Shown here piece after piece: positions 20,977 through 33,525 of a stretch of DNA of 64,000 nt (within the stretch, counting starts at the first letter, position 1; each line of letters begins with the position of its first letter). The DNA is taken from NCBI GenBank assembly GCA_965655095.1, contig OZ296653.1, forward strand, positions 16,120,001-16,184,000, in the 5' to 3' direction. The DNA comes from Haplodiscus bocki. Lineage: Eukaryota. The notes below the pieces were generated by a model that did not search any database, was not told where the DNA came from, and saw nothing but the letters and a program-made list of their open reading frames with translations. Position numbers and translations under genes: made by a program.

Positions 20977-21799
20977 ATATTACGTTGAGGTAAAGGATCA
21001 TCGATATAAAATTCATCCTACTGAAAATATAATATTACGCAAAAGAGATCCTCCAACTTCTTTGAGGACACAACATCAAGTTCAGAATGAGACTCAAATT
21101 CGTAAAAATCAGAAAGTTATCAAAAATGATAATGATGAATTAATAGTTAAAAACTATCCTAAAAATAAAAATAAACAACCAATTTTTCACCAACCAAAAT
21201 TACCAAATTGTCCTTCTTGTAAAGGAAATAATTGGTTAGAATGTGATAAAGGTTTCTATTGTCAGAATTGTGAATATATAATCAACAAACAGAAACATCA
21301 GATAGATAAAAAAGTTCTTAGACAATCTCATGATTTTTCTAGTAGATTAAATTATGCTAATACAAAAATTAGAGAGATTTATATAAATATGGTTAATACT
21401 AAATATAATTCAATAGAAGACATGATCGATAAATTCCAAAGTTTGAAAGGTAAATCAAAATTAAAATTTTATGAAAATATAAGTAATTATTATATTGAAA
21501 TGAAAAATAAAAACTTTCAAACTAATCAACAAGATCCTTTTTCCAGAAACGCAGAAGGTATTAGTAAAGTTTATCATGAAGTGTTATTGTTAATGAAATT
21601 TCTACAGACGAAACCACAAGTTAAAAATATGAATATTAATTATTTTAATTTATATTATACAGTTATTAAAAGTAGAGACGAAAATAAGGATATAGATAAT
21701 CAATATGAAAATGATGAAAATGATTATATTAATATTAATGATTTCATACCTCCTAATCATTATCTAGGGATTAAAAGTAATAATGAAATATTAAAATAA
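20957..21799 (+). CDS. Zinc-ribbon hypothetical protein
   Basis: CPSC...CQNC; 280-aa ORF; TAAATG start. Confidence 0.7.
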   Translation: MKYLNGEYYVEVKDHRYKIHPTENIILRKRDPPTSLRTQHQVQNETQIRKNQKVIKNDNDELIVKNYPKNKNKQPIFHQPKLPNCPSCKGNNWLECDKGFYCQNCEYIINKQKHQIDKKVLRQSHDFSSRLNYANTKIREIYINMVNTKYNSIEDMIDKFQSLKGKSKLKFYENISNYYIEMKNKNFQTNQQDPFSRNAEGISKVYHEVLLLMKFLQTKPQVKNMNINYFNLYYTVIKSRDENKDIDNQYENDENDYININDFIPPNHYLGIKSNNEILK

Positions 21800-21801
21800 A
21801 C

Positions 21802-22134
21802 CATTTCAAGTAATTCTTACTATATAAATGAATAGACGCAATTGCGAGATTTGTAATGTTGATGTTCATAGGGCATCGTATTGTAGACATTTGAGAAGTG
21901 AAATTCATTCAATAAATGAATTGAAAATTCAAATGGAAAGAGTGAAAAATTTTATTAACACTGAAAGAATGACGCTAAAGACGACAAATGGAGTTGAAAT
22001 CGAGTTTAATAGAGATTGTGTTAATCAATTTTGTCCTCCTCAACTAGCTATCAGAAACAGCGATTATATCTGAGTATGTAGAGAAATTTGAGATCTCATA
22101 TAAATCATTTCAAGTAATTCTTACTATATAAATG
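21802..22134 (+). promoter_or_regulatory. Duplicated 29-bp upstream element CATTTCAAGTAATTCTTACTATATAAATG (21802-21830 and 22106-22134)
   Basis: Exact direct repeat, each copy ending in a start codon and containing TATATAAA. Confidence 0.75.
21828..22073 (+). CDS. Small C2H2 zinc-finger protein
   Basis: CEICN...RHLRSEIH. Confidence 0.6.
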   Translation: MNRRNCEICNVDVHRASYCRHLRSEIHSINELKIQMERVKNFINTERMTLKTTNGVEIEFNRDCVNQFCPPQLAIRNSDYI

Positions 22135-25100
22135 GAGATGATAATTAATAACGAAAATAAAAAATTATCAAGAAATAGAAAACGAAGAATTGATCGTAAA
22201 ACTAAATTGAATGATGATATGAAATTATTATTAAATAAAATTAAATCTGAAAAAAGAAAGAAAAATAAAAGTTTAGATAAAATTAAACAATTAGAAATAC
22301 TATTAGTTAATATAAAATATGCTAATGATCCTAATAAATTACAATCTGAATTAAAAGATTTAAATAAAATTCAAGTTGTTAATAAAAACTTACATGAAAT
22401 TAAACAAGAAATATTAATAGATTATGTTGGTGAATTCGAAATGGTTGGTAATTTACAAGTTGGCGATCAAATTAGACAAACTCATATTAGATTTAGAAAT
22501 ATTAGTGATTATGAAGCTTATATTAATTCTATTGATCAAGATTATGATTCGGAAGATGCTATTTTCAATGGATATATTTATAAAATCAACACTCCACAAT
22601 TTAATAAAGTCAATCGATCTCAATACGGAAACGGGTGTAGTTTTGATAAAATAATTAATGAATATCGAGGAAATAATTGCTATATACCAACAAAAGGATA
22701 TTGCTTTGTTAAATGTGTAAATTATTTGACTGGTCAAGATTACAAACAAGAATATCTAGATTTTATCAGAAATGAATCAAGACGATCAAATGTTATGACT
22801 AAGGCTCGTATTCAACCATTTTGTAGAGCGAATAATATTAATCTTGGTTATTTTAATGGTGAAAGAGTTTTTCCTAGAAGTGTTACAAACAGAGATAGTG
22901 CTTTATTTTTATTCAATAATCATTTTTGTGTAATATGGAAATCTGAAAATGTTAGTTTTAAACAAGCTATTAGAGAATTAGAAGAGAATTTCAAAATAGT
23001 TGATAATTATATTACAGAAGAAAACGTCAATTCTCATTTTAAATATGAATTCACACCGAAAAAAATTGACTCCCATTTGACTAATTTTATTGCATACGAT
23101 CTCGAGACTCACAATACTGATAGAGCTAGACCATATTGTATCTCATTTTATAGATTAAGTAAAATAGCAGGTAGATGTGAACGAGATAAAACACGTGAAG
23201 AATTAGAAAAATGTAGAAAAGATACTATTGTTTTTGATGGAGATGATTGTATTGAAAAAGCATTAAATTTCTGTTTAACATTAAAAGGAGAAGAACGAAA
23301 AACTGTTAATAATAAAGTAGTTGAATATAACATTCAAATGCATGCTCATAATGGTAGTGGTTTTGATACGTGGATAGTATTAAACAATCTTCCTTGTGAT
23401 AGACATATTGTTGGTGATATTATTGAAAATGGCAAAGGTATTATTTCATTGAAAGTATTTAATGGTTATATTGAAAAAAATAAAAAGCAAATTCCTCAAT
23501 ATCTTCATTTTAGATGCGGTATGACTCATTTAAATTATTCGTTAAAAAAATTAGGTAAGACTTTTAAATTACAGAAAGAATTATTGAAAACAGAAATGAA
23601 ACACGATGAAGTTTATTCAGATACGTGGAAAGATGAAAAATCAGAGTGGTTAGATTATGTTAAGAATGATGTTTTATGTACTGCTTTTTGTTATGCTAAA
23701 TATTGTAAATCAATGCAAGAAATAACTAAATTCTCAATGAAAGACTGTTTGTCATTACCGGGTTTAGGATGGAAATACTTTAATTCGTTAAGAACAGAAG
23801 AAGACGAACCTATATATACATACAATGACAAATACATGAGATGGTTCGTTCGTCAATCAATAAAAGAAGGCCGAGTATGCGCTTTTAATCAATATTATAA
23901 ATCAAATCACTATAATGATATCAAAAGAATTTTAGCAAAAGAATTTGAATTTGAAGAAGATGAAAAAATTTATGAAATTATTGAAGAATATTTGAAATAT
24001 AAAAAGAAATATTATGACTTTTATAAAAAAGAATATGAAAATCAATTTAATGATTTTAGAGATGAAGATGAAGATGAAAAGGAAAAATATATTAATAAAA
24101 AATTAGGTGATCTTAGAATACATAAATTATTGAAACAAATAAATTTAATTGATCTTTTGTGGGATTATGATGCTACTTCATTATATCCCTCTGCCATGTG
24201 GGATGAAAAATCAATATATCCCGGAATAGAAACGGGGTATGCTTTTACGAGAGATATGAATAAATTCCTCGTTCATAAATTTAATAATGGTAATTTTAAT
24301 CAAGGATCGGCTATATTGAAAATAAAATATTACAATCCTAAAAATTTGATCGTTCAACATTTGCCAGTTAAAGAAAAGGAAGGAAAAATCGAGATCAACC
24401 GTATGAGAAATGGATATATCGTTGATACTCTAACATCTGTTGATATACAGGAAATCGTTAAAATCTGAGGTAAAGTGATTGAATTTTACGAAGGTGTTAT
24501 TTATAGAGAGAATTTTAAAGTGAGTCCATTTAGAAAAGTAATTGATATATTATTCAAACTCCGACAAAAATATAAAGACGAAGGGAACGATGTTATGCAA
24601 TTGTTAGTAAAATTATTAATGAATAGCTTATATGGAGAACAAATTAGAAAAGATATTGAAGAAAAATTCGCTTGTAAATCTGAAATGTGGATGCAAACAG
24701 AATATGATGAAAGAGTTAAAGATTATTGGAAAATATCAAATATTAATTATATCGTTAAGATGATAGATGATGTTGGATTGGAAGATGAAATTAAAAAAAT
24801 CAATACTATGCCATTACACTTAGGTGCTTTTGTATTATCAAACAGTAAAAGAATTATGAACAATTTTATACACGCTATCGGTGGATTTTATACAAATGAC
24901 GTATATTATACAGACACGGATAGTTTATATATCGAAAACAAACATTGGGATACATTAGAAAAAGCCGGATTAGTTGGAAAGAACTTGTTACAAGGAAAAA
25001 ACGATTACAAGGACGGTGGAGTGTTTTATGGGCTGTTTCTTGCACCTAAAATAAAATATTGTCTTATTGTAAACAAACACGGTGTTATATCGGAAAAGAA

Positions 25101-25398
25101 GACGTTTAAGGGATTTAAAGATGTTTCTGATAAATTAAATAGAAAAGAATATTTTAATATGGCTGGTGGTGATAAATTAGTAGCAAAAATACCTCTTAGT
25201 TGGAAAAAATCATTTAGTCAAGGTGTGATTATACCTCATAAAATGAGAAATTGTTCTAATTGCACAAATGAAATTTTATGTGGTGATTGCGATAATTTAG
25301 TAAATCAAAAGAAAGAATTTTCAGCAAATCTGAATGAATTAAAACGAGAAAAACCTAATGATCTTGGTCATATGCTTCCTAAGTATATAATCAAATAA
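22132..25398 (+). pseudogene. Protein-primed family B DNA polymerase of element 2, one premature stop
   Basis: YDLET, HNGSGFD, YVKNDV, DYDATSLYPSAM, KLLMNSLYG, YTDTDS; single in-frame TGA at 24466-24468. Confidence 0.95.
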
Positions 25399-25411
25399 TC
25401 ATATTTGTTAA

Positions 25412-27618
25412 CTTATAAATGGTTGTAAAATTAAAAGAATACTTTGAAAAAACTAGACAAATAAAAAACAACAACAAATCTAAAAAGTTTGTATTACGAG
25501 GACAAAGAAATACAAGATATCATGAAAAAATATTATCAAATAAAAAGAAATCTAATAATTTTGTCAATTTTCTCTAAGAATATAATAGATACAAAGCTGA
25601 AAATTTCAGTGTGTACTAATATTTCAACAAGCTGTCGAATGATGTATCACACTTCGATGTAGCTAAAAATTTTATAATCTCTACATGTTTAAGCAAAGTG
25701 TTAACGATCAATTTTCTCGAAGATGGTGATAGATACAAAGTTGAAATTTTCAGTGTAAACATATCTTTTGACAACCTATCGAATGATATATCACACATTG
25801 TTGTAGCTTAAAATTTTGTAATCTCTACATGTTTAAGAAAAAGTGATTTTGTCAATTTTCTCGAAGGTGTTAATAGATAAAAATCTGAAATGTTCAGGGT
25901 TGACTAATTTTTTAATGGACTATCCAACGATATATCACACGCCAAGCTAACTTAAAATTTTATAATCTCTTCATGTTTAAGAAAAAGTGATTTTGTCATT
26001 TTTCTCGAAGGTGTTAATAGATACAAATCTGAAATTTTCAGGGTTGACTATTTTTTTAATGGACTATCCAACGATATATCACACGCCAAGCTAACTTAAA
26101 ATTTTATAATCTCCACATGTTTAAGGTCCATCGATGTGCATGAGATTATGATTGAATATGTATATTTATTCTAGTTTCTTTCCTTGTGTACTGCCTCCTA
26201 TAGCCTAGTGGTATTTGTGACATTGACTAAAGTTAAGACTATGCTTGATTGGTAGTCATAGTGTTTGTGGTTCACTGTTAGCCAACGTCCCCCAGTCTGT
26301 GTTAACATCATGCGCGAAAGCTATATGGAGGAACTGTCTATATCTTAATGCTTGAAAAAGTTGAAAAGATCGATGGGGAACTCTGCCAGGAATGGTCCCT
26401 GTAATCTGCTTGAAAAACGTATATACATATATATATAGATATACATATATATATGTTTTGAACATACTCCGAAAAAATATGTTTTGTAATGGCTTAGTTT
26501 GTCTGAATAGAGATACAAAATGAAATATTTTTTTCCACGGTTACTTTATCTCGTCCCTTTGGATATGATCATTCTTGGCGTTTTCTGAACCAAAGTGAAT
26601 CGCTTTGTTTTGAATTGACTGTCAGAATATTTCTACCTTGTAGAGGAAAACACAAAACTTAAAAAATTATCTGCTTCCACATAATGGCTCCATAAAAAAG
26701 TAGAAATGTTCCAAGAACCAGACATATCTTGCAAGAATTTCATTAAACCAGAAATTTCTCTCAAGATTCTTGCAAGAAACTGATATTTTTTGCAAGAATC
26801 TTGCATTTTTCTGCAAGAAATTCTCCAAGAATCTTGAAAGTTTTGTCTGACAGAATAACCAAGGTTCAGTAAAACCTATGGAGCCGAAAAGCACAAATTG
26901 GTACAAAGCAATAAAAGCAAATAAGCAACGGTTTCTTTCAATAACATTTACACCGTTAATAACATTTAAACCGTCTGATTATGAACGACGAAAACTTCCT
27001 TGTTCATAGATGACGTGAAACAGGTCCGAGTTGAGAAGCGAATATTTTTAAAGATCCCATTAAATTGTAAGCCATTAAAAGTTTCACTCTTGATTTAAAT
27101 TTATATGAAGATAAATTTATGCATCTTCCAGGAATTTCAAGTCCTTTCCCACGCAAAAACTTGATAGATTTTGGTATTTTTTCAAAGGATTAAAAGTTGC
27201 CCTCCCTCAACTATTCGGAGCCGTACCGGCAACTCCGACTTGGACTGTTCCTAGCTTCTTCAGTGTTGACGTCCTGAAGATTTTCTATTGATAAAAACTT
27301 CAGCGGAGAATTGCATGTACAAAAATCAACAATTGACGTTTTTCAATACAATCATTAGTTAATGAATATTTTCCATAAAAGCTCTGGAGACTCAATTAAA
27401 TTGGTCAAATCTGTTAACTCCGCTTATTTTATCCAAAAAATATGAAGAGGTCCGGTATCCAGCACATATTTTTTGTCTTTTTGAAAAAAAAATACATCAG
27501 GTTCGCGATCAGGTTTCATATTAAGAAATAACGAACTTATCAGATGTCTATTTGAATCATTACGTTCACTGTTCATTTGTCGTATTAATAAAGGAAATAT
27601 ATCTGGCCGTCGAGCTAC
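25412..27618 (-). repeat. Right arm of the 2207-bp inverted repeat (viral TIR ~25412-26468 plus host-like flank 26469-27618)
   Basis: Reverse complement of 6670-8876. Confidence 0.97.
25419..25577 (+). CDS. 52-aa basic ORF at the inner edge of the TIR (mirror copy 8711-8869, minus strand)
   Basis: TATAAATG start; MVVKLKEYFEKTRQIKNNNKSKKFVLRGQRNTRYHEKILSN... Confidence 0.4.
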   Translation: MVVKLKEYFEKTRQIKNNNKSKKFVLRGQRNTRYHEKILSNKKKSNNFVNFL

Positions 27619-27647
27619 AATAACCCAGCTTTTGCGTTCCCAGTTAG

Positions 27648-27923
27648 CCTGACCTCTGCCCTATAACGATACTAAGCAGTGTTTCACACGCTAAAGAGTA
27701 TCTGGAGCATGTCAGCAGCTCATCCTGGTTTACTAGTTTGAAAATGGGGGGTTTGTGGCTCGACGGCAGTAAAGTTAGAAAGTTTGATGCAGAATTGCTT
27801 GGGACATCCGAAGTTTTTGAAAATTGGTTCAACTTTTTGGTTCAACAAAAACTTCCAAGGATGGCAGTATTTTACAAGGCAGCACAGTACCTATGTGATC
27901 TGGAGGCTCTCGTAGTGAGATGA
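27648..27923 (+). CDS. Possible terminal exon of an unidentified host gene
   Basis: Open frame after a TTAG acceptor (PDLCPITILSSVSHAKEYLEH...CDLEALVVR*), higher GC than its flanks. Confidence 0.3.
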   Translation, partial: PDLCPITILSSVSHAKEYLEHVSSSSWFTSLKMGGLWLDGSKVRKFDAELLGTSEVFENWFNFLVQQKLPRMAVFYKAAQYLCDLEALVVR

Positions 27924-28962
27924 ACAAGCATCGGACAGAAAAAGGACTAAAAGTACTTTTGAGAAAACAGACAAAAGTGCACAACATGGAATTTTATTGT
28001 AAATTATTTGTGAAGGTATATAGAACCTTGTTTTTATGTAGCGTAAACTTCTTTGAAACCTTCCAGGGCAAGAGTAAGTGAATCGAATGATTCCATTTCT
28101 TGTCCTCTCCAAGCTTTTCTGTGATGCAATTTTGATTTTAGATTAATTAATGAATTCTTTCGCTTGGAGAAAGAAACTTTCTTCTTCTTCTTCTTCTTTC
28201 ATTAAAAGCTGATGTAGGGTTTTAATGTTTCGGTTTCGCGGTAAGCCTTTGGTGCGCTGTCATGAAAATCTGCATTGTATTTGAAGTTGGTGTTTACAGT
28301 TGATGAAATGTCTCTCATATACAAAATGAGTTCCGGCTTGTGAAAAAATTAAAGGACTTATTCTAGTGGCACCACTGAAAATTATGTAAAAACAATATGT
28401 AGAAAAAAGTCAATTACGTTGTTGTTTGTATCGTTAACGTAATAGTTGGGCTTTTGCACTGAAAGTAAAACTGCATTTAAAAATCTTTAGTGACTGGAGC
28501 GATTTATTAGATGTTGTAAACCAGAATTCCCGTTCTATTCATAAAATTGCATATTACCTCCCTGCTCGCATGCAAGATTTACGGAAAACATGCAATTCAG
28601 GCATCTTGCATTGAAAACTTTTATGCATTTTGGAATACATGCATCCAAAGTATTGACGAAACATCTCAAAAAAGCTGCTTTCGGATACTTCTCTTAAGAA
28701 AACGCCCGGCAAACTCCGAGATAATTTCTGCTCCCCAGATTGGGAAGAAACTTAAAAAGCCGCACCTCAAAGTTGAAAATTACATCGAAAATTGAAAATT
28801 TGAAATTCTCTTATATTTTCTCAAAAAATCTGAATGTTGGCAAAAAAAACTAATTTATGAGAAAATCTACTATGCTAAACACATTCTTCGACAAATTTGG
28901 AAAAATTTGGCGGAAGAAAAAGTTTTAGCGTGCAATTTGGCTTCACCTGAAAAAAAACCAGA

Positions 28963-29034
28963 ATGTTAAATGAATAATTTTCCTTCCATTTATGAAATAT
29001 GTTAAATGAATAATTTTCCTTCCATTTATGAAAT
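28963..29034. repeat. 36-bp tandem duplication
   Basis: ATGTTAAATGAATAATTTTCCTTCCATTTATGAAAT x2. Confidence 0.85.
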
Positions 29035-32000
29035 AAGGAATATTAAAAATAATAATACTTCACCTAAACAAAAGAATAGTAGCCATTTGTGGTCTCTCCC
29101 ACAAAAAAACACATTCAAGCGTAATTTGCCGAAATTTTAAATTTCAAGGAAGATATTTTTTTCATTAACGAATATTTTTTTTTCTCCAACTTTTAATTTA
29201 TATATAATTTTTCATTTTTGTACCAAATTTGGTGGAAAAATTCTGAAAAAATTTCAAGGCCTCACAGTGAAATGTTAACATCGCAAAACTTTCATTGCAA
29301 ACATTTTTCTCAGTGAGCAAGGAAAATTTTCTGTTTCTATGACGCCTTTAAAAAATTGTAAAATATGCCTTTCCGGGGTTTTACTATCAAAGCATCAGAA
29401 ATATAGCTCTGCCTACCCAACGTAATATTTTTAGGAAGTCCTTTGATCGAAAAATAGTTTGACTAGATCGTTGCTGAGTACAATTACTCGAGAGCTCGTT
29501 GAGCAAAATCAGTTTAGCAAATACTGAAAACAACTGTTTAGAAAATCCGTCAGTCGGATTAAGTTATGTTTCCTTACAATTTTTACGCCATCCTTTTCTT
29601 TCTATTCCAAGAGCATTTGAATGTCGATGATTGCCAACCAACAATTTTTTTCCAAAATTGAAATTGAAAGTACCAATTCAGCCGAAAGTCATTTCTATAT
29701 ACAAAGCTTCTGCTTAAATGCTCCCTGAGGAAGTTTGAACCAATAATCACTGAGAATATCAATCTCGAAAATCAATCAGAGGCAAGCATCATTAGGTTTT
29801 TCTGAGTATTTATGATCAGTTATTTTCACCAAGATGAAAACCGACAACGCAAATTGCGCCAAACGACATTTTCTGCATGAGCTTAGCTTTTACTAGAGCG
29901 TGTGAAGTGCAGTTTTGGATCGATAATTAATCAGTGAGTAAATTAGTTATGAATACCGATCATACTCAATAACTCCTAGATTTTTTTATAAGTCTAAATT
30001 TTTGAAAGCTAACGATGGAAGTCCCAATTTTTTTCAACGAACTTTTGTAGTTGAAACTAGATTTTTATTCATGGCACGACCAACCAAATTGAAGTAGCAA
30101 TCACTTGGAAAACCATTTTGTGAACAACGCCACTGGCCGGTCCAACATAGAAACGCACGGTTTGAAAGATCATTGACTTTCTTAATTGGAAAAAATATAT
30201 TCGAAAAACACAACTTTTCGTTCACAAATATATCCAATTGAATATTTTCGGACCGCAATCAAAAATATTTCGGCAAAAACCCAGAGTCTCCTTGTTATGC
30301 CAATGGAAAATCTACCTAATGATTTTTAGTCTTGGCTTCCTAGAAATAGTTGTGAAGTCTCACTTTTGGAAATAGCTGAAAAATGCTCAATATTCATGTA
30401 TCTATCGCAAAAAAATTAAAAGAAAAACTTTTTAACTACAAACAAAACGTGAAAGGAATACACTGGAGTATGTCTGTTAGACCTCAGCAAACCATTGGCC
30501 TTATTACATGTATCATTCAGGATATAGTTTTTAAATTTCAAATTACATCATAAAAAGCCGAATTTCAAGATTTTTGGCAACCGACTTGTCAAAAAATTTT
30601 GTCATCAAAATTAAAATTAATCTGAGACAAACTAAGACATTTTGAAATGCATATAGGAAATTCAAGATTCTTGAAGAGTTAGGTGCCCAGATAAAACGAT
30701 TCAAACTGACCAAAGCCTTCGAAGTAGCCAAAATTTGATCAACTCTCCAGATTCAATGGTAAAAAGCCTGTCGAAAAATCTTTGCACTACAGTTAAAAAT
30801 TAACATACGACAAAACGGAACCTCGTAAACAAACAGGCGTAAAAATTATATATTGTTTAAATCTAGATGCGAAAGCTACAACATCTATTGTGAAAACAAA
30901 TCGTCAAAGTATCCAAAATTAGCTCGAATTTCCAGTTTCTTTCGCAGAAAAAATTAAAGTTTTCATAGTACTCTCTTGCTCAAAAAAATTCAGCTCCTAG
31001 TGATATTCACAGGACCGTCTCCAGTAACTGTACTCTAGGTTTAAAATGCCTAATTAGGTTTTAACAAAAACTACAAAATCAAAAAAATTTCGAGTCACCG
31101 TGTCATATTTCTATTTAAACCGGATGGTTTTACAGTTACGGACTGAATTTCACACTTCTAAAGTTGATCATGGATAAACACGTGGCTATTAAAAGAGAAT
31201 TCTGAAGTTTACTACTTCACAATTTTGACTTTTATGGCGGATAATCTAGTGATAGTAAATTGAGATAATGGAAAAAACTGTACATGTAAGTCAATATCGT
31301 TTTTGAAATTGAACGTTGAACGCGCTGTATGAAGTCTACTATGCCGTTAATCAACTAGAGTCAACAAATTTACAGCTGAGTTACGATTTTAACGCTTTAG
31401 GAAAGTCTGGCAGACCACTGAAAAGAACTCACGAGGTGTCCTTATGATATTGCAAGCCTTTGGCTTTGATACTAAAAATCGATTAAATTCAACCATTATG
31501 ATCCATTCAGGGCGGCAAACTGGGATGGTTTCCATAGTACGCTTGCTCGATTGAAATATCGTTCTTCAGAAAACAGGCCCCTTGGGGGCTTCAATATCGA
31601 AGCATTAAAACAAAACCAAAACCAATTCAGCTTGAATCGCACTTTTCTTGATGTTTCTAAACAATAGTCACGTGACTTTGAGACCCAGGTGTCAAAATAC
31701 AGGACTTCAAGAACGGAACAAACATACTTTATTTTAAAGTTTCTCCCGCAAAAAAACGACGCTAAAACTTTCGAACCGTAAACCAAATTTACGTAAATTA
31801 ACCAAAGAGTCTTCGTTTGCCTTCCAGCCAAAATCAATCTGATTAGAAATTCAACTTGCCACCATGATGAAATTTCAATACCAAATAGTCAAACTGTGTT
31901 CGGTTTGAAAGTTCGTTACGCAAGACTTTGCGCAAACGTTTTGAATCGCGTCTTAAAATATTTACATCGTTCATTCACCGGTTTCTTCTAGGGATTTGTT

Positions 32001-33109
32001 TGCAAAATTTGGCGATTTGGAGTTCTAGTTGCCACTATTTAGGACTTCTGGTATAAGTATGTCAAAATCAGTTCTAGTTTCAAATCACAAAAATCAAATT
32101 CTTTCAAGTATTTTGAACTTCCTGCACATTCAATAAACTGAAAATCCGAGTTTCCATCCTCTTTCAGTGAAGACATTAGATGATTTAAATGTCGAGTAGA
32201 TAGGATATAGGTCTCCAACAATTGAAGTTATCACAAAAAAACCAAATTAGCTCGATTTTGAAGTTCCGTTTGCAACACCTATTGAAGAGAGTTTGTACCG
32301 CACCTCAAAACTATCAAGTCATCAACCGGGCTCTTCCTGCAACCTCTGTTAGAGATTCACGGAAACCGGAAATCCACACGCCAAGATATAATACTTAGTG
32401 TCGTCAAAATAGCCAAGAAAAACAGCTCAATTTTCAAGTTCCGTTCACGCGAAACATGAAAATCCATGTCAACACAAAAAAAAAGTTTTTATAAGGTTGA
32501 TTGGACTGTTTTCGTAACGTTATGCATATGGCAGGGAACTCCCATACATTTGAAGGAATTTTGCAATTCTGACAGAAACATATATCATTTTAAAACCTAA
32601 GCTGAAATTCTTTCGAAGAATAGTCTATGAGTTTTCGAATGTTAGCCTCTATAGGATGATTGGCCATTTTAAAAGGTCTTAAGAATTGAAAATTTACACG
32701 CAGTACAGGTGTGTAAGTAAGCACCTTGCTTAGCATCACCTGGTTTCACATCAAATCAACCATTGCAAGTCTGGAAAAAACGGATACGCACTCGTTCCAA
32801 TATTATCTTTACCTTCGACTTCAATGTTGGAAAAACTCAGTAATTTTGAACGCCCGTTTATATTCAAAATTATCGCTTTTAGAGAAAAAAAGATACTTTA
32901 TGGTTTGAAAACCGTTATATTAACACTCCCCCAGCCCTCAGTGATAACTTATTACGGCACAGCCTTGTCCTTGACAAAACCCGTAACAAAAACTTGTTAA
33001 GAGAGCCCTGGGTCCATGGATGGCCTTAGTAAGTGCCCTGTGCCCGAGAAATTTTGGATTAGGATGCTTTGTTAAAATTTGGCTTTGCTGTACAAAAATT
33101 TAGTAGGAA

Positions 33110-33525
33110 TCTCACAGTTGATTCAGAAAAAAGTGTTTTGAATCAGTTCAGAGAAAGACAAGAATGATTTTGTCCAAAGGGACGAGATAAAGTAATCTTA
33201 CGAAAAAATTCATTCATTTTGTATTTATTTTCAGACAAATGAAGTCATTACAAAATATGTTTTTGGAAAATTCCTGAATCTTGATGCTTCTGAACATGTT
33301 CTTTGACATAAAACATTAACTAATGATAAATTCGATCACCTTTTGCCGCACGAGTTGATTACGCTTGATTTCTCATGAAATGCATAAATTATCATGTTAC
33401 ACAATTATGTAATGTGTACGGACTGGGCTCATTGAAAACTTACGGTCCCAGGGATAACTAAACACACCCCATGCGTGTTTCCTGGGCCCGTACTAAGTCA
33501 ACTCTGGCTCCCCTGTACCCCATCT
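33110..33525 (+). repeat. Dispersed host repeat (diverged copy at ~34730-35155; partial copies at ~7665-7819 and 26469-26623)
   Basis: Shared CAAGAATGAT..TCCAAAGGGACGAGATAAAGTAA..TTTTGTAT..TTCAGACAAA and CCCAGGGATAAC..CCTGGGCCC..TAAGTCA..CTGGCTCCC.TGTACCCCATC blocks. Confidence 0.75.

Larger units (their letters stand above)
7820..26468 (+). mobile_element. Polinton/Maverick (adintovirus-like) endogenous virus, element 2, near-complete but inactivated
   Basis: pPolB, RVE integrase, ATPase, adenain, major and minor capsid genes between TIRs; ends placed at AGTATGTTC (7820) / GAACATACT (26468), where similarity to a host repeat (also at ~33115-33265) stops; exact ends tentative. Confidence 0.93.

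Noticed and set aside
12130-24468. Alternative genetic code or stop-codon reassignment in element 2
   Set aside because: All three stop codons occur internally, at positions implying different amino acids, and the same codons terminate genes normally
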